DNA from: the human T2T-CHM13v2.0 reference genome, Homo sapiens
NCBI RefSeq assembly: GCF_009914755.1
Contig: NC_060928.1
Direction: 5' to 3' (one strand)
Length of the DNA stretch: 64,000 nucleotides
Under the pieces are notes generated by a model, which was not told where the DNA came from, searched no databases, and worked only from the letters and a program-made list of their open reading frames with translations. Shown here in pieces: positions 56,064 to 64,000 of the stretch. The translations under genes and the position numbers were made by a program. Every line of letters begins with the position of its first letter. The first letter of the stretch is position 1.

Positions 56064-59000
56064 AGTACTTTCTCTAAGATTACCTCCTATGCTGTTTTAG
56101 TTAGAAAATTTCCCAATTACACCCTGATTATGGACCACCTAAGGTGGTATTGTCTCTTGGCTGTGATCTTCTCAATAACACCTTGAGATATATCAATGCT
56201 TCTTGATTTCTATAGCTTGAGTAGTAGAGATTAATGTGTTCATGTAACATTGGATTTAGCACTTAACCGAATTTAAATAATATAATGACATCAGCCATCA
56301 ACTTCTCTTCTTAGGGCATTAGTAAAATGAATGTTAATTTTGGGGAAGTTCCTGAGTTTCTTAAAATTAATAAACTTTACGGAAATGAAGGACCAGCAAA
56401 GGGTGAGGACTACTCTAAAAAGCTCCTAATTTGTTGGTGGGATACCTTGATCCCATAGGAGAAGTCTTCCTAAAATGAGAATTGGTTCTCCAAAAGCCAG
56501 ACATAGTTCTGATTGGAGAGGATTCACTTCTGGCCCCAGAGGACATGCCACAGAACTAAGGGAATTCTAGTCTCTGACCAAGAGACCAATTCTTCATGTG
56601 GTTTACAACAATTTTTGTTTTATGTGCTAAAGAATAGAAAGCTGAATAAGAAATGATTCTTGCTCTCAATAGTTTTTAAATTTTGTGGAGGCTGCAAGGC
56701 ACTAATCTTACCCTTGGAAATTTCTTTTGGATACCCAGATAGCCATGACAATGGTGTAATGTATGGGGAAATTTTCCTCTATCATTCAAGTGATGCTTGT
56801 TTCTGGGGGGCAGTCAGCTATATATATGGTTATATTCTTAGAATCTGCATGCAAAAAAGATGTCCATTCAAGTAACGAAGACAAATATTTTTAAACTCTG
56901 GCCCAAGTCATTCTTCTAGGCCCAGGGTATACTTCACTTTTACTATGAATTCCTCCTCATCCCTCAGCTTCTGTACTTGAGAAGCTTTCAAACACCTTTG
57001 TTATAGCACTCATCGGTTATGATTTATGCATACATTTTTTCCATTAGACTCTGAACTCCTCAGGGATAGAGACTATCTATTATTTGTCTTTTAAAATTTT
57101 GAACTAGTTTTATTTTGTTGTCAAATACAAACACAGAATTGAATATTTGTAACAAAAAAGTTTGAATTTCTCTCTCGTAATAATTTCTAAGAGGAAACTG
57201 TCATTTTTTATTCCTTCTCCAGATGTAATTATTGACAGCTTATTAAGTAAAGTAGCATTTTCTTAGCAGTGACAGGTATGACTTTTGTCTTTTGAGGCTG
57301 TCTATAATATTAATATCTTATAATGTGAGCACATGAATCCATAATTGTCCAAATGAAGAGTTCAAGAATAAATTACTTGATTTAGAAAGATTCAGAAGAG
57401 CTTGAGTCTCTGGAACTGAAGTCCACCTCAGGTTTACATTTTGCCTCATAATCTTGGCTTTTAGAATGCATTTAATGCGTGAGAATAATTACTGGGTACC
57501 AATCACTTCTTTGCTTAGATTATTTTATGTACTTTGTGCATTAGATAGTTTTACTATTAGTTCTATGAGTGAGGTAGCTTTGAGGGATTATGTAATGAGC
57601 TTTAGATAATATAGGTGGTAAGTGGTCCTACCACTTTCCTTAAACAAGGAACTGTGCTCCCTTGCCTCCTTTTCTACCCCTGAGCTTCTCTCATCACTCC
57701 CTGCACCCTGTCCCCAATTTATTGACCTCAAATATTTTTCTACCTTGTTGCAGACTGAAGTGAAGGTCTTAGCAGATTTTGGGACACATGGAGTGCAGCA
57801 GAGGTTATCATCGCACACTGTGTTTATAGCTTCACTCAGCCAGGGTTTTTTGGCAGTTTTCAGGACCATAGAGGCCTCATTTCAACACAGGAGCCAGTGT
57901 AAATACACAACAAAGAGACCACACCTGAGGAGGTTTTTCTGTCTATTTTAGTGACCTTGTTTGTGGCTGTGGGCCACTGGCGATCCTTCTCATCAGTCAA
58001 ATATTAAACTTCTCTTTCCGAAACTTCCCTTAGGCCTGTCTGAAGATTTTTGGTCCCCATGTTTTATGAAGTGATAAAGATTTTGAGCTTTTCAAAGACA
58101 AAGCTGGTATGTATTTTTTAGATGACATTGTCATCATGATTACATTTGCCGTGTAAATTAATTTTTATTTTTTTAAAGAGTAAGTTACCACTGAAGTTCC
58201 TCTTCTACTTGATAGTTGTCAGAAGACAAGATAAGTGCTTAGGTTTTGACATTCACAATCTATGTGACAGGAGGCTGATCAAAAGTTGGATTTCTGATAC
58301 CCGATGAAAGCAATACGGTAGGGCTGGGCTAAATCAGATTGAATAAAGATCTTTCCTTCCTGTTTCTACTGCGGCATGAATACTAATAAGTTAATATGTT
58401 TTGGGTGCCCACCAAGTACCCATTTTAGAAGACCTTTAAAGAATATAAGAAATGAGTGACAAGATCCATGCACATGAGGAACTTAATTATTAAGAAAAGA
58501 TTCTAACAAACTCTGGACCATTAACAGTTTGAAGGCATGGTTTTGCTTTTGTAAACTGAATATGAAAAGATGACAGGAAATAAATGGTTGTAATGTGTAA
58601 TAAGAGTGGTGGTATTTGAAAAGAGGAAAGCTTGGAACATTTTTGGTTTGGTACACCGACAAATGTTGAGGGGCCTAGCAGATTTGCAAAAATTGAGTCT
58701 GGAAATTTGGTTCCCAGTGTGTGAACAGTATGGTCTGAGGGTCTGAGATAATTAGCAGAAATTAATCTTAACTTGCTGGCTTTAGTTTCTAAAGAGGCTG
58801 CTGACATGACTTGGTGCTATGCAAGACAAAGTTGACATGTAATGCAAGAGACGTTAATTCTATCTGCCAAAACATTAAAAATATGCTTATTAAATAGAAA
58901 TAAATAATCGCTACATATGTATATAAAATAACCACAATGAATTTTTACAAGTATTGGATATAAATGAAAAAGTGAAAATTTCATACATCCTGCTTAGATA

Positions 59001-59412
59001 TAGATGAAGCTGTTTTGCATGCTTCTCTTTCTTCAGTATTTAATTAGGAGATTTATCTACCTTATTGTGTAACTTGATTTTATATTTTACGTGTAAGAAG
59101 GTGAATCAACTTTTCTGTATTGCAACAATCTTCGTTAACATTTTCAACATGTACTTTCACTTTAGCTGATTTATAATTGCAGCTTCACTGCTTTATTGTC
59201 GTGTTTTATTCCTAAAACAATGTGTTTCTATATTTAAGGATGATATGGTGCACAAATGTTGTTAAGCATACAAATTGATGGCATAATTTGCCCTTGACCT
59301 TGGATCTTGGTGGTTGCTGGGACACTGAGGAGAGAGCTTTTTTTTGGCCATGTGGGAGACTACCAAAGGCATCAATTTTAAAACTAGACTGGAGCAATTA
59401 CCATTACATTTA

Positions 59413-59532
59413 TGTTAGAGGTTAACATTTGTGTTATTTCCTCTTATTGCCTGGCTTTACAGAATGTTATGCCCCACTGCTTTTATTAAATCCAGGTAAT
59501 AGAGGAAATAACAGTGTTATTAACCTCTAACA
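59413..59532. repeat. Long imperfect inverted repeat (hairpin)
   Basis: Arms 59413-59459 and 59487-59532: 13 bp perfect, 6x6 internal loop, 13 bp perfect, 1-nt bulge, then 12/14 bp; 27-nt loop. Confidence 0.95.
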
Positions 59533-61305
59533 CTGATGAAAAATTAGTCTTAAGTAAAACATGGTTTAAAATCAGAGCCATTGAGCCAGTACTTTAGCTG
59601 GTTCCCTGACCAAGCACAGAAAGGCTTTGTATACTCATTGTGCCCATATTCATTATGATAAAAGTAAAACAAAGTATAACACGAAATAAATCTCTGGGGG
59701 AAAAAGGGATTTGATTTTAATATGTACTGTATTCTTACTAGTAAATGTTATAGTTTACATGACATTATATAAATAAATATTGATCAGGAGAGTACCACTT
59801 TTCTATGATTGAAAGAGGAATTCGTTTTGATAACTTGATTACTTTCACAGAAAAGCACTTAGAAATTTAATATATAATCATTGACCTCATCAGAAGTCAC
59901 TAGTTAGGTGCTTCCAAACACAACTGTTGTTAAGCTGAGGATTACTTTAGAAAATTTCCCTTTTCTTTTCTTGTTTGCATTTAAAACAATAATTTTTCAA
60001 AGTGATTTTTGGGATTTAGGCAGAGTTTGCTTCCCTGGTCATACAATGGTTACACATGGTTTTGTTGGGATGTTTATGCTAATTGAGACCACAAAGTTGT
60101 GAGTGAATTTATACATTTTAGGCAAATTAGGAAATATAGACTTAGTCAATACAATTAGAATGATAATTTATTGTAGGAAAATAAGATCTTGGTATCATAG
60201 TCTATTGATTATGTAGTTTAAATAACCCTAAATGTATTTTGTATGCTTTGATTAATAAATATTGTATTTAAATTTAATTTTAAAGCAACATATTTCTATT
60301 AAGCAATGCATATGTGTATCTAAGTAACTCTAAAGGTTTTTCAATTGTCTGATTTTTAAATAAATCTCTCTGCCTAACATTTATTAGTGAATTGCCAAAT
60401 TATTTAAAGGTATTTTTCTTTTGTGGAATAAAATGTACCTCTTAATATAAGCATATTGGTTTCTAAATTACTCAATATATTTACCATGATTTTGTAAATA
60501 ATGAAGTAGTAAAAGATTTCCTTTTAATCTATTATTTTAAATATAGAATTAATATAATTGATTAGAATAAATATCAATGAGAGAGAACATTGTATCTTAC
60601 ATATTTATTCAAAGGATGGTGTTGGGTAACACTAGATTTAAGAGCTTTTGTGTGAATTAAATAAAACTGCACATACAGAAGTGTCTTGTAATTATGTTAA
60701 CAGTAAGTATTATATTATTCTCATGACTTATAGTGGGGAAGATGTATATAAACTTCACAGTATTCATGGCATTCCTATAGTATAAGTTGTTTAATAGAAA
60801 ATAACAAAGAAAAGTAGGCATTGTACTTCTTAATCTTTAGGTAAATATACATTCCAGTTGCATGAACAGTCCTATGTAAAGGCTCAACAATCCGTTTACT
60901 TTTTAAATTAACAACCACTTCAATGGTTAATTGAGTATTTCTAAGCCAATAAATTACCCTTCAACATTACTGACTGGAAGCTTAGTTAGTATCCAAAACA
61001 AGCCTGGCATTAATGAACTCATTCTCCAACAAAAGGAAAAGGAAGCATCAAATCTGAACTTTGGATGTGTTCGGTTCCTTATTCTAAACACATTAGTACA
61101 CTGTATTTTCCCACTTAGAGAAGCTTTTGTACACTGAGCATGTGGCTGTTTAAATGCCCCAGCGGGACATCCAGAGGCTGCAAAAACGGGAAAAATTATT
61201 TGGAACAATTTGCTTTCGTTCAAGGGCAACCATTTTACAGCTGGTTTATTGCTATTCTTGTGCTGTTTAAGCTGTCTTTCGTGTCAAAAGTCCTTTCCTG
61301 CTTAC

Positions 61306-61391
61306 AGATCATCAGGAAGCATTCTGCTGCGTGCTGTTTGCCTAAGTTCCTCCAGGGCTCCGGGCCTTTGATCACGGATACCATTTGCAAT
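61306..61391 (-). other. Candidate 86-nt exon in CpG-retaining unique sequence
   Basis: Minus strand: cctcctatttttaaccag|ATTG...GATCT|gtaagc. Confidence 0.35.
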
Positions 61392-63947
61392 CTGGTTAAA
61401 AATAGGAGGCTGCTGAGATAAGCTTGGGTCCTGGCAGTGAGGAAAAGGCCCTTTCCTTTTTTTTTTTTTCTTTTTTTTAAACTTTGTTATTTTGCTTTTT
61501 AGCATGGGAACACATAATTGAAGCAAAGAGGAATAGTGCTTAGAAATTATAGCATGCTTAGAGGTGTAAAAAGTTTGTGTGAAAAAAGGTTATTGGTTAT
61601 TAAAAAGTTCAGTTTTTTGAAACCAGTGTCATTATTGTAGTAAGTTAAAGTTTTGAACATAATGAGTACATTCTTTTCTTTGAGGTTGACAGAAACAATA
61701 TTTGCTCCCTTACATTTAAAATACACTACTGGTAGCACAGCTTTCAAGCTTGTACTCCTAAGGATGGCATTTAAACCAGAAGCATATATTTTTTTTTTTT
61801 TAGTGAGGAAAAATATATTATTGTTGTTAGCAAACCTAATATAAAAGAACAATAATATATTTAATATTGCTATTAGATAACAAGCATTGTAAGGATAAAG
61901 TCAGAATAAAAGACTCATATTTTTTATAATTTTTATTGCTTATCATTTTCTAGTGCTTTCTTAAATTTGTCAACTTATTGAAAACAAAAGCATGAAGATA
62001 TACATGATTTTTAAATTATAGTTTCTCTCAGAATTTTGATTAACATGATTGTATCAATCTTATGATATAGGAGGATGGTGACTTTCATTATTGTTTGCTT
62101 AAGCAACAAGTCAAATATACCACAAGCCAGGAAATTAGAGAATTAATTGGAAATGAAACATAACCTAGATGGTAAAATTGGATACTAGAATATCAACATG
62201 ATACTCAACGTAGAATATTTACTGTGAAATAAAGTGTACTAGAAGGGATCTTGGGAGTTTAATGAATTTTTCTACCAGTGGGCAATATCATTTATTTGTT
62301 AATTTACTCAAATAAAGATCTGCGCAAAGCCAAAACCTATGAAGTAAAGCAGAATAAAAGAGTGCCATCCGAGGCTAAAAACATGTTTACTGTATTGCCA
62401 CATGCATTCTTGGCAGTTTGGGGTCCTGTGTATATTTTGGAGGGGTAAAGAAGAATTAGTCAAAGGAAAGATTGTGGGAATAAATTTGTAGAATGGAGGG
62501 TAGGTGAGGGATTAGAGATGAAGGAATCTGTTTATATGGATTTCAGCATGAAAGAGAGTTTAGAAAGAGAGTTCCTGAAGCTGCAATTGATGCAGTTATG
62601 CTGGGCTGGAACAACTTGGGATAGGAAGTGTGGTGGGGAGGCAGAGTGGACTGAACTAAGCTGGCTGGAAGTGAAGTCTGGGATGAAGTTTACAGTGCGA
62701 GGCAGAATCAGATGATGGAAGAACATGTGCTGTGTACACTGAGTTGTATTAATTGTTATATATATATTTTTAATCAATAGTGTACTAACTTGTGCTGCTG
62801 AGTTTACTGAATTCATATTTTTAAAAACTCTAATTTGCCTAACTTTCAAAATAAAGCATCTAAAGCTTATTAAGCATATAGAACAGGAAACTTGGAAAGC
62901 TGTTCTTGTGTTTGTGTTTAAATATTACCAAGTATATAATAGCTCACATTCCAGCAGACACAATACTGTGGCTTAGTCAGACCATGTTTTATATTACAAA
63001 TAGTTTTACGTAAAATGAATGTTCCAATCTATATCTCCAGAATGAAGACAGTCCTCTCTAAAAAGGGCTCCTTCATCCTGAAAGCTAGCTCAGAGGGTTT
63101 TTTGAGCTTTGTGTCCTGTTTGTCACTTCTTTGAGTATCTTAACCTGCAGTATAGTTACCCTTGCCACACTACAGTATCATAAAATGGGCATCTTGTATC
63201 TCTGTCTCAAGGTGATAATGGAGTTGAAATGTATATCAGGGAAAAGATCAGGATTTCATTGAAAAGATGGAATATACATTTTGCACTAATGTCTGAAAAA
63301 TCAACTTGCTCATAAGTTATTAAAGGACCACAGGTGCAAGCAGTGCAATTTTTGCAATTCCCTTTCCTGATATATTCTAGCAAGGTCATTTGCCCCTAAG
63401 CCTCAGAAGGTTAATTGGATCTCATAAGTGAATGCACCCAATCACTCATGATTTGGGAAATTTTAAAATTGTTGTTATTTAGGCATTAACATTGGAATAT
63501 CAAATTTGACTTTCTTTTTACTGAGTGGGATTGTTCTAAATTTGCTGGTTTTATGGCTCTTGTAATGAAAATTATTAAAAAAGAACACTAAAGGCCAACT
63601 TAAATAAAAACTACCTGTGTTGCTCAAATAAGTTTTTTACCTACATGTCTAGCAAATAGATTTATGGAAATTTAAATCTGCTTTGAGCTCTTTGGGACAA
63701 GCGTAATAGCCCTAAATCAAGTATTCAACATGCACCAGAGGTGGTCACTGTGTGGTAATTTTGTTGGTCAATGGAGTGACTCGTACTAACAAGGAAGAAA
63801 TAGGAAAAGCAGGGGGTCGAGAAGGCGAGGCTGGACACCACTGTGTGATTAAAGTAGAAAGTGTTTTTCTAATACAGTTCTGTGCCTTATTTGTCTGTCT
63901 TCCTTTTTTTTTTTTTTTTTTTTTTTTTACATCTTTTTGTTCTACAG

Positions 63948-63987
63948 TTTTGCTTTCTTTTTTCACCTGTTCTCTTTTGCTGAGATG
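63948..63987 (+). other. Candidate 40-nt exon
   Basis: Long polypyrimidine tract (T25) then ttctacag|TTT...GATG|gtaagt. Confidence 0.35.
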
Positions 63988-64000
63988 GTAAGTTGCAGGC

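Noticed and set aside
56475-56597. atgagaattggttctc...gagaccaattcttcat inverted repeat
   Set aside because: It needs two indels in 16 bp and the interior does not pair.
57744-57924. Minus-strand exon candidate (cctcctcag...AAG|gtagaa)
   Set aside because: Both splice sites are modest and the peptide is unrecognised.

Overview
AT-rich primate (human-like) genomic DNA, intronic or intergenic; no prokaryotic genes, CRISPR, rRNA or tRNA are visible. The window holds L1 blocks (1-6135, 46.4-52.7 kb), nine Alus (J, S, Y), solo LTRs (LTR16C-, MER21-, MLT1-, LTR27- and THE1D-like), MIR/L2 relics and microsatellites. Repeat names come from recalled consensus sequences and need RepeatMasker/Dfam confirmation; boundaries of old repeats are approximate. 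No host protein-coding gene is recognised; the long ORFs are L1, Alu or low-complexity artefacts. Best leads: a ~120-nt near-perfect hairpin (59413-59532), short candidate exons on both strands (three minus-strand ones join in one open frame), a promoter-like GC-box/(GA)n element at ~36.1-36.4 kb, an ancient twin-primed L1 inversion, and several templated-repair scars. The sequence alone does not demonstrate a novel biological system.
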